Positions 24,901 through 38,611 of a stretch of 64,000 nucleotides of DNA are shown here, one piece after another. Below the pieces are notes generated by a model. That model made no database searches, had not been told where the DNA came from, and worked only from the letters and a program-made list of their open reading frames with translations. A program made the translations under genes and the position numbers. The stretch covers positions 135,966,001 through 136,030,000 of the forward strand of contig NC_082707.1 of the NCBI RefSeq assembly GCF_030144855.1, read 5' to 3'. Each line of letters opens with the position of its first letter. Position 1 is the first letter of the stretch. This DNA comes from Hypanus sabinus (Eukaryota).

Positions 24901-25760
24901 TCACTCTTTTCCTATACTCACCGTTGCATGGCACAGGCAGTAATCCCGAGATCATTGCCTTTGACATCCTACATTTCAGCTTCTTTCCTAACTCCCTGTG
25001 GTCCGTTTTCAGGACTTCCTTCCTTTTCCTGCTTATGAGGTTGGTATCAAGATGTACCACAACTTCTGGCTGTTTTCCTTCCCACTTCAGGATATTGTGG
25101 ACATGATCAGAAACATCCCAGACCTGGCACCTGGGAGGCAAACTACTATCCATGTTTCTTTCCTGCGTCCACAGAATCGCCTGTCTGCCCCTCTGGCTAT
25201 AGAGTACCCTAGTCTTCTGAGCCACAGGGCCAGATTCTGTGCCAGAGGCATGGCCACTGTTGTTTCCCCCAAGTAGTTCCCCCCCCCCCAACAGTACAAA
25301 AACAGGAGTACTTATTGTTAAGGGGGACAGCCGCAGGGGTACTCTGTACTCTCTAGTATCTGACTCTTGCCCTTCCCTCTCTTGACTGTTACCCATTTAT
25401 CTGTCTCCCTAGGCCCTGGAGTGACTACTTGCCTGTAGCTCCTCTCCATCACCTCCTCACTTACCCTGACCAGCTGAAGGTCATCAAGTTGCATCTCCAG
25501 TTCCCTAATCCGGTCCCTAAGGAGCTGCAGCTCTCCTGGACATCCCACATCTGACACCCAGTACAGAATATCGGCCTCACAGACATACATCCTATTCATA
25601 TTCTTCACAAGTAACTTACCTCACCTTGACCCGTTATTGCCGAAGCCCTGTTGAGCCAAAGCCCTCCTACTCTGACTCCCTCTACTCTGTTGCCCGCTCT
25701 ATAAAGCTGTCTTCTTTTAAAATTCTTCCCACCGGTCTAATTCACTGTCATCCATGTGCC
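21980..25760 (-). mobile_element. Near full-length decayed CR1 LINE (ORF1 esterase-type plus ORF2 APE-RT)
   Basis: ORF1 remnants LLRDRIRELEMQLDDL and QPEVVVHLDTN..ISGLLPVP..FLDHWDRF (SGNH-like). ORF2 remnants YFNARSI, VAITETW, GGGIALL, SDHNSI, DFSKVFDKV, GSVL, FADDTK. Confidence 0.85.
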
Positions 25761-27279
25761 TGCACAGTCATGCCTTGACTTGTAATGTATACTTGTGAGT
25801 ATCACATGATTTTGATGATGTTGTTAATGCTGTTGGGTATATCTGAAAGAAATAGTAGTCTTCCTTAAGACAGCATCATGTACTAGCACTTAAGTGGTGG
25901 GGGGGGGGGGAATGTGCAGTAATAGGCAGGGAGCACTGTACTTAAATACCTGACAAGTAACAGGATTTGAACAGAATATCTGTTAACTATGAAAATTCAA
26001 TAGAATTAGCAATCTGGTATAAGAAGTCCATCCAACATTGCCTCAGCCTCTTTTGTCTTTCCTCTTTGTTCTGTTAGGGTCTCTTTCTCCCCCTCCATCC
26101 ACTCTCACGCTTCATTTTTCTGCTTTCATCTTCTTTGCGATATTAGCACTTAATAAACAATCGTAAGCAACAAGTTTTATGCCTCAGTCTTGACTTCTGA
26201 AGAACCTCAGAACGAGAGCATTGGTACCAAACAGGACATTCTTTTAAAGTGAATGGAAAACAGCTTAGGAGAGCTGTCAGCGGTAGGTTTGTGTACATAG
26301 AAATTGATAAATGTCTAGAATGCCCTGCTGGGAGTAGTGGTACATTAGCAATATTTAAGAGACTCTTAGATAATCATATGGAGGAAAGAAAAATGGATGG
26401 CTATGTGTGAGGGAAGGATTAGATTGATCTTAGGGTAGCTCAAAAGAGTGGTAAAATATCATGGGCCAAGGTGCCTGTACTATGCTGTACTGTTCTATAT
26501 TCTATGCCTAGTGTCATCAGGTTTGATTAGAGAATCTACAGTTATATTTACTAGAATTTAGAAGATGAACAGTTAACTTGATTGGCTATTTTGGGGATCT
26601 GATGGGGATGGGGAGGGGTTGGTAGATAGATAATCCAATTAATTCCACCATTTGAAGTGACTTGGACTTGTGGTAATGTTTGGAAGTTGGGGTCAGGTCT
26701 TTCAGAAGTGAAGCGAGCGAGCATTGCAACATGATGAACTGGTAGAAATTTGAAGCGTTTTCCCACAAATGGGAGTTGATGCTTGGTTAATTGTATTAAT
26801 CTGTTCACCAAGGATATATGGAAAAGGCAGTTATATATAATTAGGTCACATAAACCATTAATTGGTGGATCAGCTTCTAGATGCCAAATAGCTTCCTCCT
26901 TTTGTAATAATTCTCAATAGATTTTGATCAAAAGTGTTTATGTGAAGATTTGTAAATGTAATGCATTTATATTTTACTCAGAAACACAGCAACATAGTTA
27001 ACTCTAAACTAACCTCTAAAGTAGGAAGTCACGGCTTAAGAGAAGTTGGTGATTTCCAATCAATTTCAGTTTTGGAAGTGAATCTTACATAAACAAATAA
27101 ATGAAATAGCAAGAAGTTTGGTGATAGACGTATGACAGGAGTGATGTTCCAGGAGACTTCAAGAGCATGGGGTAGAATGATTGAATGAAGTCAGGGCAAA
27201 AGGTCACTCACACCTCCTTCATAACATCTCTTAACTATTTCATAGACTTGGTCACTTAGCCCAAGGTTAAAATGTTTGA

Positions 27280-27897
27280 GCAACTCAACAGGTCAGGCAG
27301 TGTCTATGGAAAAGAGTAAATTGCTGACATTTCAAGCTGAGATCCTTCATCAGGACTGGAAAAAAGACATTAGACTAAGAAAATGGGGGGGAGGGGGAGG
27401 CAGAAGTACAAGGTGAAACCAGGAGAGGGGTAATGGTGAAGCAAAGAGCTGGGAAGTCAATTGGAGAAAGAGATAAAGGGCTGTAGAAGAGGAATCTGAT
27501 GGGAGAGGACATAAGGCCTTGGAAGAAAGAGAAGTGGGAGGAGCACTAGAGGAAGGTGGTGGGCAGGTAAGGAGATAAGTTGAGAGAGGAAAATGGGAAT
27601 GAGGAATGGTGAAGGAGAAGCTTGGGGTGGGGTGCATTTACCAGAACTTTGAGAAATCAGTGTTCATGCCATCAGAATATGAGGTGTTGCTCCTCCAATC
27701 CGAGTGTGGCCTCATCACGACAGCAGAGGAAGCCATGGACTGACATGTCAGAATGGAAATGGGAAGTAGAATTGGAACAGGTGGCCACAGGGAGATCCCA
27801 CATTTTCTGGCGGATAGAACATAGGTGCTCAGTGAAGCAGTCTCCCAGTTTACGTCAGGTCTCACCAATATACAGGAGGCCACACTGGGAGCACTGA
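27280..27897 (-). mobile_element. Penelope-like element 3' fragment (GIY-YIG C-terminus plus terminus)
   Basis: The reverse complement aligns with 47780-48400 (LYIGET.RKLGDCFTEH..PVATCSNS). Degenerate hammerhead motif at 27321-27358. Confidence 0.75.
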
Positions 27898-30020
27898 ATA
27901 GGTGTCCAAGATGATGAGAGACATTGATCGTGTGGATAGTTGGAGGCTTTCTCCCAGGGCTGAGATGGCTAGCACGAGAGGGCACAGTTTTAAGGTGCTT
28001 GGAAGTAAGTACAGAGGATATGTCAGGGGTAAGTTTTTTACACAGAGAGTGGTGAGTGTGTGGAATGGGCTGCTGGCGATAGTGGTGGAGGCAGATATGA
28101 TAGGGTCTTTTAAGAGACTCCTGGATAGGTACATGGAGCTTAGAAAAATAGAGGGCTAGGGGTAACCCTAGGTAATTTCTAACATAAAGACATGTTCGGC
28201 ACAGCTTTGTGGGCCAAAGGGCCTGTATTGAGCTGTAGGTTTTCTATGTTTCTGTAACTATCTAATATATAGAAAGGAGAGATTTATTGGTGCAGGTGCA
28301 TAGTTTCCTGAAAGTGATGACACATATGCAAATGATAAAGACAACATTAGGCATGCTTGCCTTCTTCAGTCAGGGTACTGAGTATAGGGATAGGGATGCC
28401 ATGTTATAGCCATACAAGACCAAATATATGGCCATATTTGGAGTACTGCATTGTTGCTCTGCTGTGGGAAGGATGTCCATTTAACTGGAACAGCTGCAAA
28501 AATTATTTAGGAGGATATTTACCAGGACTAAAGGATATGAATAATAAGGAGAGAATGGAAGGACTAGGACTGTATCATGATATGATAGAATTCACCCTGC
28601 AATTTGAGAAGGAGAAGATAAAGTCAGATGTATCAGTATTATAGTGGAGTAAAGGGAATTCGGGCGGCATGAAAGATTAGCTGGCCAGAATTGATTGGAA
28701 GGGAACACTAGCAGGGATGATGGAAGCATTGCAATGGTTGGAGTCTTTGAGAGCAATTCAGAAGGCACAGAATAGATAAATCCCGAAGAAGAAAGGCAAT
28801 CATGGCTGACGAGAGAAGTCAAAGACAAGAGAGTGGGCACATAATAGTGCAAAAATTAGAGGGAAGCCTTTAAAAACCAAAAGAAGGCAACTAAAAAAGT
28901 CATAAAGAAGGAAAAGATGGAATACAAAGGTAAGCTAGGCAATAATATATATACCAAAAGTATCTTCAGATATATGGATTGACATGTCGGAATGTGAACA
29001 GGAAGTAGAGTTGAAGTGGCTGGCTGCCGGTGACTAGTGGTGTTCCATAGGGGCCTGTTTTGGGACCGATTCTTTTTATATTACATGTCAGTGATCTGGG
29101 TGACAGAACTGATAGCTTTGTGGCCAAGTTAGCAGATGAAACAAAGATAGGTGGAGGGGCAGGTAGTGTTGAGAATGTAGAGAGGCTACAGAAAGACAGA
29201 CAGATCAGGAGAAGGGGCAAAGAAGTGACAGATGGAATACTGTGTTGGAAAGTGTATTGTCATGCACTTTGGTAGAAGAAATAAAAGTATAGGCTATCTT
29301 CTAAATGGAGAGAAAATTCAAAAATCCGAGGCGCAAAGGGACTTGTGAGTCCTTGTGCTGGATTATCTAAAGGTTGAGTCAATGGTGAGAAAGACAAATG
29401 CAATGTTAGCCTTCATTTCAACAAGACTAGAATATAAAAGCAAGGATGTTATGTTGAGGCTTTATAAGACACTGGTGAGGCATAACTTGGAGTATTGTAG
29501 GCAGTTTTGGGCACCTTATCTAAGAAAGGATGTACTGACATTGGAGAGGGTTCGAAGAGGTTCATGAAAATGATTCTGGGATTCAAAGGCTTTTCATATG
29601 AGGAGTGATTGAGACTGGGCCTGTACTCACTGGAATTCAAAAAAATGAAGGCGGACCTCATTGAAAACTATTAAATGTTGAAAGGCCTCAATGGAGTGGA
29701 TGTGGAGATGATGGTGGGTTATTTAAGACCAAGGGACACAACCTCAGAATAGAGTGATGTCCATTTCGAATGGAGTTGAGGAGGAATTATTTTAGCAAGA
29801 GAGTGGCGAATCTGTGGAATTCATTGCCACAGGCAGCTGTGGAGGCTAAATCATTGGGCATATTTAATGCAGAGATTGATAAGCTCTCATTTAGTCAAGA
29901 AAAAAAGGCAGCAGATTGGGGTTGAGTGGGAAATGAATCAGCCATGATGAAATGGCATAGCATACCCAATGAGCCAAATGGTCTAATTCTGCTCCTGTGG
30001 TTTTTGATCTTATGGTCTTT
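27898..30020 (+). mobile_element. Several CR1 LINE 3' fragments
   Basis: TRGHSFKV..FFTQRVVSVWN with a tttctatgtttct tail (ending ~28255); VTSGVP.GPVLGP, KLADETK, NLEYCRQFWAPYL. Confidence 0.75.
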
Positions 30021-31269
30021 CTCCGCTGGTATGTTGGTGGCTGAGAGGTGAATTAGAATATTATGAAATTGTTATAAAATAATGAGAAGAGATAAGGTGA
30101 ATTGCATTGTGTTTTCTCCAGGGTGGTGGGGGGGGGGGGTCGCTAAATTGAAAAGTCATAGGTTTAAAGTGAGAAGAAAAACAATTAAAAGGGAACTGTG
30201 GGGTAACTTTTTCCAAACAGCAACTCATACATATGTAGAATGTGCTGCTAGAGGAAGTGGTGGAGGCCGGTGCAGTTAAGATATTTTAAGCACATTTATT
30301 ACAGGGATAAGGAAGGTTTAAGGCGTATGGGCCAAGTGTGGGAAAACAGGACTGGTTTAGTTAGGCATCTTGGATGGCATAGGCAAGTTGGTTTGAAGAG
30401 CCTGTTTCTATGATGTCTGTCTCTATCATGCAAAGATCCTGCAGAATGCAGCATGGCATTGAAAATTCTGTACTTGGCTCACTGAGGGCCTTGTGCCTCT
30501 CCAGATCAGCAGGAGTGATTAACAAGATGTTATATGTCAACATATGAGAGGCAGCCTAGGAAATGGAGTAGGTTGGAAGTGGATCAGCCTCTTCTGTCAC
30601 AAGCTGCTCGGCTGGCATACTTCCTATTGCACTTGAAAGAATTTAAGAAGGAAGCAAGAGCAAGGAATGTAGTCTGGGTGCAAAGTTTCAATATTAATCA
30701 CAAGGAAGGGCTTGTCAGCTCAAGGAAATAGCAGCTTTATTGGGCTTGCAGCAGCTGGAGGGAGAATCATACGGGGGACAAGTGAACTTGACTTTGATCT
30801 TGCCAATTTGCTTGTTGCCAGCCTCTAGCAATAACTGGACACAAAGAATCATGGAAAAGAAAGGTCATGGCGCTGAAAGGTGCATCTTTCAGTTCCTTTC
30901 CCACACCTTTTCCCCATAGCTCTGCAAACAATTTTCCATCACTGGCTATCCAATTCCCTTTTAACATTGTTTCTACCCCTTCAAGTCCCTGATTAAACTA
31001 ATATTCTTTGAAACAAGATTATTTCCCTTGCAGAATTTTATAGTATCTTAAAATGATGTTTCAAAAATCTTGACCCATTTGCTCAGGGGAAAGATAACTT
31101 CCATTTATCTAAACTCATCTTAATTCTGTACATTTCTGTAAAATTTCTTCAGTGAAAATATCAGTAGCAGAAGAATTGTTTTCAGAAATGTTCTGGACAG
31201 TACGATCAGGTGCCATTTACCATTACCCTGCTCATCAATGACCAGACTGAATTTTGCCAAGACCACATG

Positions 31270-32200
31270 GCTCTAACCTTATGGTCCAAGTGCATGCAGC
31301 GCACTGAGATTAATAGGTAAGGTGGGAGTGACTGCCCTTGACATTAACCTGAGCGAAACGTCAAGGAGCTTTGGTAACGTAAAAGATATGCACACAAAAA
31401 TGAAAACATTCCAATGATTGGAACCATACCTCATAGAGAGGTCGATGATTGTAGTTATTGGATATCAATCATCCAATCCCCAGGACATCTTTGATGGAGT
31501 TCCACAAGTCAGCATCCAAAACCCAGCTGGCTGCTTCATCAAAGACCTTTATAACACAAGGTCAGAGTTAAGGGTTGGAGACACATGACACTACCAGTGA
31601 TTGTTTCATGATATTTAGTTCTATTCACAATCACTTAGTGAATGAAACAGACTATGCCTACACACAGCAAGATGTAGATAACATTTAGTTATGGCCTGAT
31701 AAGTGCCAAGTAATATTCATATCAAGCAATGTCTATTTGCAACAAGAAAAAAATCTAATCACCTTTTCTTAACATTAAATAGGATTATCATTGTCAGATC
31801 CAACTACCATCACCATTCTGGGGTGCATCACTGGCCAGAAACATCGAGAACATCCACAAAATTACTCTGGCTTCATGAGGAAGGTTAGGGGCTGGGGGTA
31901 CTACAGTTAGTGATTTACCACTTAACATCCAAAACCTTTCAGACACCTATAGGATGCAATGTATATTTGTCTACAAAATATACAGCTTTTACTCACCTAG
32001 GCTTCTCCAGCAGGACATCCAAAACCAATGACCTCTTTCACCAAGAAGGACAAAGGCTTCAGGTGTATGGGAAAAGCACTACATAAACTTCTCCTCTAAT
32101 TTACACATCATCCTGACTTGGAAATACATGGCCGTTCCATGATTGTTGCTCAAGTATATATCCTGGAACTCCTATGCCATGGCTACTGCACCAGAAGGAC
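31270..32200 (+). mobile_element. Old CR1/L2-group LINE RT remnant
   Basis: Degenerate RT motifs (gcccttgacatt = ALDI; ggagttccacaa = GVPQ). Similar sequence recurs at 44330-44960. Confidence 0.4.
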
Positions 32201-32204
32201 TGCA

Positions 32205-32306
32205 CTTACAACAAGCTGGAGGAACTCAGCAGGTCGGACAGCATCCGTAGAAATGAGCAGTCAACGTTTCAAGCCGAGACCCTTCATCAGGACTCACTGA
32301 TGAAGG
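32205..32306 (-). mobile_element. Short Penelope-terminus insertion with an intact-core hammerhead motif and an inverted junction
   Basis: The reverse complement of 32257-32294 is agtcCTGATGAagggtctcggcttGAAACGTTgactgc. It overlaps a perfect 10-bp inverted repeat, ccttcatcag/ctgatgaagg. Confidence 0.7.
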
Positions 32307-34879
32307 ACTTCGCTGATTCATTTAGGGGTGGGCATAAAAACTGCCTTTGCCTTTAATGCCTTGAGCTCAAGAAGCTCCCAAATTAAACTAATTACTGTTC
32401 TGATGTCCTAGCATGTTCTTTGTTCTTTTATTTCTGTCAAGTCATAAGACCAGAAACACAGGAGCAGAATATGGCCATTCAGCCCATTGAGTTTGCTCCA
32501 GTCATGGTCACATGGCTGATTTATTCTTTTCCTCTCAACCCATTCTCCTACCTTGTCCCTGTAATCATTAACACGCTTACTAAGCAAGAACCTACCAAAC
32601 ACCACTTTAAACATACCCAATGACTTGGCCTCCACAGCCAAACCAGGGGACTTGCTGCAGAGTTCTCAGTCAGTCGTACATCCTGCACGAAAATAAGCAT
32701 ACAAAGATTAGTTCAGACTTTATCTTAATCTCAATAGTAAAGATGAAAGTAGTTATTTCAAAAAGGTTTTTATTTGAAATAATGACAAAAATTCAAATAC
32801 TTAAATAATTCTAGATATTTTAAATGCTAACTCCTGACAAGAAATTCATATAGAAAGAGTCTGTTAAATCTTATTTGAATCCTGCTCAGTCTTTATTTTA
32901 AAGTTAATATTGCCCCTGACCATCTGGCCTCTTGATGCTTCTAGCTCCAGGTGGTAACCATAAGCCATGCCATTTATTTGATCTAAAATTATCGCTGCTA
33001 TCATCTTTCCAATAGTTATTATAACTCCCACTGTTTCTGGATTAGTGGTGACTCTGGTTGTGTATGTTGAAACCTCTATATTGCTCCTTGTGGGTAACAT
33101 TTTGCTCCGCCCTCTGGGTGACATAAGGGTTGCTGGTATCCAGGCATTTCTGCCAATATCTAGTGTATCTCAAAACCCGAGTGAATCTATTTTATTTGGT
33201 CATTTCTATTCACAAGGTGCCCTTAACTTCATCTCACTATTATAAATGTTTTGCCTGCATCTGGTGGCTGCTGGTGAATCTTTTGCTGTAAATAAATCAG
33301 TGTTCTGTTCTAAACCAGTTCCTCTGTATTCTTTTTATGTGATGTTCAGGGTTGAAGTACTATGTTGATCTTTCCTGTGCTTATGATCTCTGTCTGTTCT
33401 GGGAGAGCTATTGATTTCATTTATTTCTTTTAGGTATTTAAGTTTGGAACATTATGTTGAATGAAGGTTATTTTTTATGTGTGTCTCTTATAATTGGATG
33501 TAAATTCAAATCAATCTGATATGTTTGGTTGCATCAAATGCTTTTTGAGGCCATTTAGTTTTACATCCCAGTCATGGTACATTGCTGTGCACACATAGAT
33601 TAAGTCATAACATATGTTAACTTTCTTAGGTAGTCATCCACAGTCTTTGGAAGTGCACTTCTGTTTGCCGTCAAATTTTTATTTCAATTAGCCGAAGTGT
33701 TAAATTCAGTTTTGGTTTGCAGATCACTGCTGACCTTGGCTTGAACTTCCAGTACTGTGGTGATCTAAAATCAGGTTTTCTATTTTACTGGCCAGCAATA
33801 TAAAACAGAAGCAAGTTATTCTCCAAAATTTGCACCTAAGAATTTATAATCACTACTTGCCTATTCCTGTGATCTGGACTTATTTGCTAGATATATTTCT
33901 AGATATAGATATATATAGTCTATATTTGCTAGATATTTGCTATATCCCCCTTCCCCGCACAAAAAAAATGAACAAAGAAAGGAATGAGCACATTAACCCC
34001 CAAATAACCTCCTCCTGCACAAAAAAATGAACAAAAGGGAACTGGCAAATGGACCCCCAAATCCCTCTCCATGTACAAAAAAAACCCCAAAAGAGATCGG
34101 GCGAAACACACAGAATATAAAAAACTTTGAAACTGGAAGAAAGTCTATAGTCCAAGTCCACAATCAAAATGCATAAAAACTGGGCAACACTCTCTGGCAG
34201 GCCTTTTCCTCTCTGTAGCAGAGCTATCAAAAGACAGACAGGTGTTGTTATCCCCCTCCACACTTGGCTTGATGCCTCGATCTTCCTCATTGCTTTAATC
34301 AGTGAATAATCACTTTGATCAGCGAAATGGAGTCAAACGTCGATTTGCACCCACTGAAGTTTGCAAACATTGCTTCAGTCTCCCGGAATCACCTCAGAGA
34401 CTGCAGAGTGCTGAAGCACCCAAACAATCTCCAAGCTTCCACAATCACCTCGATGTTTCAATCTCCCTCATTGCTTTAATCAGCGAAATGGAGTCAAACA
34501 TCAGCCCCACAGCCATCCTGCGGCCTGCCTGCCTTGAGGTTTGTGCATGCTGCCTCTGCCTCCCAGAATCCTCTTGGAGATTGCGGAGCACTGGAACACC
34601 CAAACGATCTTCAAACTGCAAACCACAAGCTCTAACTGTTCCAGAATCACAGCCAAGATGAAAAACAAATGTAAATGACATAAAAGGAGTGATATATATG
34701 GTTTCAAGATCTATCCAGAGGATGTCAAATGAAGGAGTGTTGTACGCAGGCGTCATCTTGACCGGATAAGTCCCCGAGTCAACAGAGGCAGATTTTGGAA
34801 AGATGTAAGATCAACAGGTTGAGCTGTAATGGGTGACTTTAATTTTCCCTGAATTTATCTTGGACTTCTTCAGTACAGA

Positions 34880-35125
34880 GTGCCATGTTGCACAGTGGTT
34901 AGCCTGATGTTATTACAGTTCAAGGCATCCAAATGTTTTCCCTGTGACCATGTAGGTTTCTTCCTACAGCCCAAAGATATACCAGTTAGTAGGTTAATTG
35001 GTCATTGTAAACTGTCCTGTGATTAGGCTAGTGATAAATAGAAGGGTTGCTGAGTGGCTAGGCTTATTGGACCAGAAAGCTCTGTTCCATGCTGTATCTC
35101 AAAAGAAAAACAAAGTAAAAAGTAA
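34880..35125 (+). mobile_element. tRNA-derived SINE (HE1/V-SINE-like) inserted in a CR1 fragment
   Basis: cacagtggttagc head, gtaggttaattggtcattgtaaa core, and an A-rich tail. CR1 APE sequence (MGDFNFP...) lies before it and continues after 35330. Confidence 0.65.
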
Positions 35126-35153
35126 CCAAGCAAGAAGCTTAGTCTGGGTAGAG

Positions 35154-35311
35154 GAACACACACAACAAGCTTGTGGAACTCAGCAGGTCGGGCAGCATCC
35201 GCGGTACAACAGGCTGGAGAAACTCATCAGCACGGATGCTGCCTGACCTGCAGAGTTCCTCCAGCTTGTTGTACGTGTTGCTTTGACCACAGCATCTGCA
35301 GTGTACTTTGT
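35154..35311. mobile_element. Fold-back Penelope-derived mini-element with a 17-bp TSD
   Basis: TSD gcttagtctgggtagag at 35137-35153 and 35312-35328. The interior is two inverted copies of the Penelope terminus (acaacaagct..ggaactc..gcagcatccg / cggatgctgcc..gagttcc..agcttgttgt). Confidence 0.75.
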
Positions 35312-35639
35312 GCTTAGTCTGGGTAGAGTTTGTTGTTTGCATCCAGGAGGGTTTCTTGGAACAGAATATAGGTAGCCTAGCCAGGAATGTGGCTATGATG
35401 GACCTTTTATTGGGAAATGAGCTCAGCCAGGTAATTGGGGTTTCCTTGGGAGAGCATTTTGAGAACAGTGATCACAACTCTGGAATTTTAAGATAGTTAA
35501 GGATAAATCCAGAACTCAGAGGAAAGTTTGGCGTTAGCAGAACTACAACATGATAAGGCAGGAACTGGAAATAAATGGGGAGCAGCCGTCTCTGAGTGTC
35601 ATCTGATACGGGAGTGTATTTTTAAAAATCATCTGTCCG

Positions 35640-38560
35640 AAGTCAGGACTGAAATATTCCAAAGAAGAAGAAAGTGAAGGATAGGATGATTTGTAAACTG
35701 TGAACAGGCTCCCTGAGGTGCCACCCCTTTCACTTTTCAAGCGGCTTTTCTGCCCCGCATGTGCAGTAGCAGAAGGAGCCTATACTGTGGTCCTTCCCTA
35801 GAAAACCTTAGGATTGGTTATACCAAGCTTCAGTGCATTCACCAACACGTATACTGAGCCAATTTTCTCACATCCTCTCACAAACATCTCCCTGTCCAGG
35901 ATGACCAACAGGTTTTGGGTTGGCCAGAGAGTGCACACCAAATTAGAGCAAATACCTCAAGGAATGGACCATAGATCAGAGCATCCTCTGGTACACAACT
36001 GCTGAGAATAAACCAGGACATGGACCCTTGCCTCCATCTCCACATCCTTTTAGCAAATCTGCATTATGCAAAGAGGTGGTTGACTGTCCCTTCCCCACCA
36101 CAGCCAACCTGTGGGTTGTGTATATTGGGGTGACCATCTGTAGAGAAAGGCTTAGGGAACAAGCACACAGAATCCAAATTGTCTCTGTCTCATAGCGTCT
36201 GCAATCCATTCAGTGCTAACCACTGCCTGATGGACTTGTGGTCAAAGGTGTTAACTTGGAAGAACTCTTCCACATAGGACAGGCAGTACAGCAATGTTCA
36301 GCTGACTGGGGTACTGCATGGTAGAGGGACCAGTCCTATCTTCCACATCAGTTAGAACCTCATTACATAGTGACCCAGTGCCAACATAACTTTGGGTCCA
36401 TACACCACCTGATACAGCCACACACAAAGAAGGCCATCAGGATGAAAGCACCATTGGGTACATTTTTTACCCCATTCTCAAGGGACTTGTGCATCATGAC
36501 TTGGTGGATCCCAGATAAACTGGAAGATGTCTCCAGTACTGAAACAGAGGAGTGGGGAACAGGCTACTCATGTACCTAACAGCATCCAGAGAACATATCA
36601 CATCATTTACCAAATTATTCCCAGTTATTGCCAAAGAACACCATTTCTACAAAGCTAAGTTATGTTTGACCTTCCTTAATTTGCTCCAAACAGTTCTTGT
36701 TATACATCTTAGTTCGTCCAAACCAGATTTCCAGCACCTTCAGGTTGTCAGGCCTGATAGTGAAGAGGACAGCTGCCAACTGCCCTGAGGTTGATTCTGG
36801 CTCTCAATGCCATTCAAACTGGTCATAGATGTTGATCAGTCTGAAAATTGACCATGGAACCAAGCAGGAGATGGCTAGATCATCCAGCAGTAGAGAGATT
36901 TCTACTTGTGTCACCATTTCCTGACAATGTCACTTTTCTTATACTCTTTTCCTTCCTGATGGGTTCAGCAAAGTTTCTACACAGCACACAAACGTGGGGC
37001 GAGTGGACAACTCTGCCTGACTCTAGATGATGAGGAAGCTATCTGTCTCCCATCCATTTATTTGGACTGCTGTATGGATATTTGTTTACAGCAGTTGGAT
37101 CTAATTTATAATTCCCACCTCAAACCCATTTTGGAGGACACACCCATCATGTATGGTATCCTGTCTAAGCTGACCAGGCAGCACCCGTCCCTCTGTCCTA
37201 TACAGAGGTACTGGTATCCCCGAGTAGCACGTGGCTGCCCGTGATTTTCTAGAGCAGCACAGATTTGGTGTAGGTGGATAATTGGTCTCAGAGTAGACTT
37301 GACCTGGTTGGTGATGGTCTTTGACAGAATCTTATAATCCACACTCCACAGTGTAATTGGTTTCTAATTATTGACGTCCTTCCTCTCCCACACCACTCCT
37401 GCTTGTTGATGAGGGTGGATTATACTCTTCCTCGTGGAGTCTGACATGCTCCCAGCTAGAAACATAATGTTGTACACTTCCTGGAGACCTGGAGCATCCA
37501 GTCCCACAATTCTGACAGTATGCTATCACTTCCTGGATTCTTCAACTCTTCCGGGGCCAATGGCTGATCCTGGATCTCCCACTTACTGTCGAGCACCTCT
37601 GTGACAGAGTATAGGAAGTTCTGTGCTGTCTGTGGTTTTACTGTTATACAAACTGGTAAAAAGATATCTGCAGGTCCTTAGTACGTCTGTCTGTGAAGAT
37701 GTAATTAAATTGTCCTCTTCCTTAAGGTTGTGTATCACAGGGCTTCCCCTGTGAACCTGTCAGAAGCATTAGCATGCCTCATCCTGTTCCACAAAGTGGA
37801 CCTTGGACCCTTAGATGATGTTGGGGGATTCAGAGTTAAGGGCCACAGCTTGCTGGCTCTTGCTGGTTCCCATCCACCCCTCTTGACTGCATATGGGGAG
37901 GTTGTTGCAAATCTTATATGGGGATAGTTCTTGGTTGCTTCTCACCAGTAAATTGGGATTTCAAAGAGAGACTTCACAGTTCTCCAATCTGTGTAATCTC
38001 TCTTTACAATGCTTTCTGGGGTCAACAGCATGACATTCAACATTCGTGTCGCCCTACCTGCCTTCTTGCCCTCCGGTAGGTGACAAGCGGCATGAAGGAC
38101 GCTGTGGTTAGAGAATATTAGTGCAATGTCGGTGGTACTGTCTGTGACCGTCTTTGGTGTGAAAAGGAAATTATCTGAGGCCATACTGAGCTGTCTGAAT
38201 CGGTCCATATGTGCTCCACCTGCAGGGTGCTAAAGGCATTGCACAATTTTGTACCTTTAACCATTTCCATCCGGAGTTGAGTTGCTGTCCAGTTTCCTGT
38301 TGGCACTACCAGATTTTCCAACTGCATCAATGATGAGGTTGAAGGCTGTGGACAGAACAACAGATAGGGACCTTGCCAGTAGTGGTGGGACCTGCTGGAG
38401 GATAGCTTGTCATTCATTTAGCATGGACGAGCCGTACACATTGATTAGCCGGAGTGGCCTTTATTTCAACCACAAGGCATCATCCCATTCCCTTCACCTC
38501 TTTGCCACCACTACAATGACCTCTAATCGTTGTGGAGTGTGGCAGCCTGCACTCCTGTAA
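35640..38560 (-). mobile_element. Decayed Tx1/L1-clade LINE ORF2
   Basis: The - strand gives PITLWSVDYKILSKTITNQVKSTLRPIIHLHQ (L1/Tx1 RT), an APE-like remnant near 38100-38500, and EEFFQVNTFDHKSIRQW near 36220-36275. Confidence 0.6.
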
Positions 38561-38611
38561 AAAAGATTACATCTGTCTTGACTTTGGTAAAGTATTGGAA
38601 GATGTTAACAC

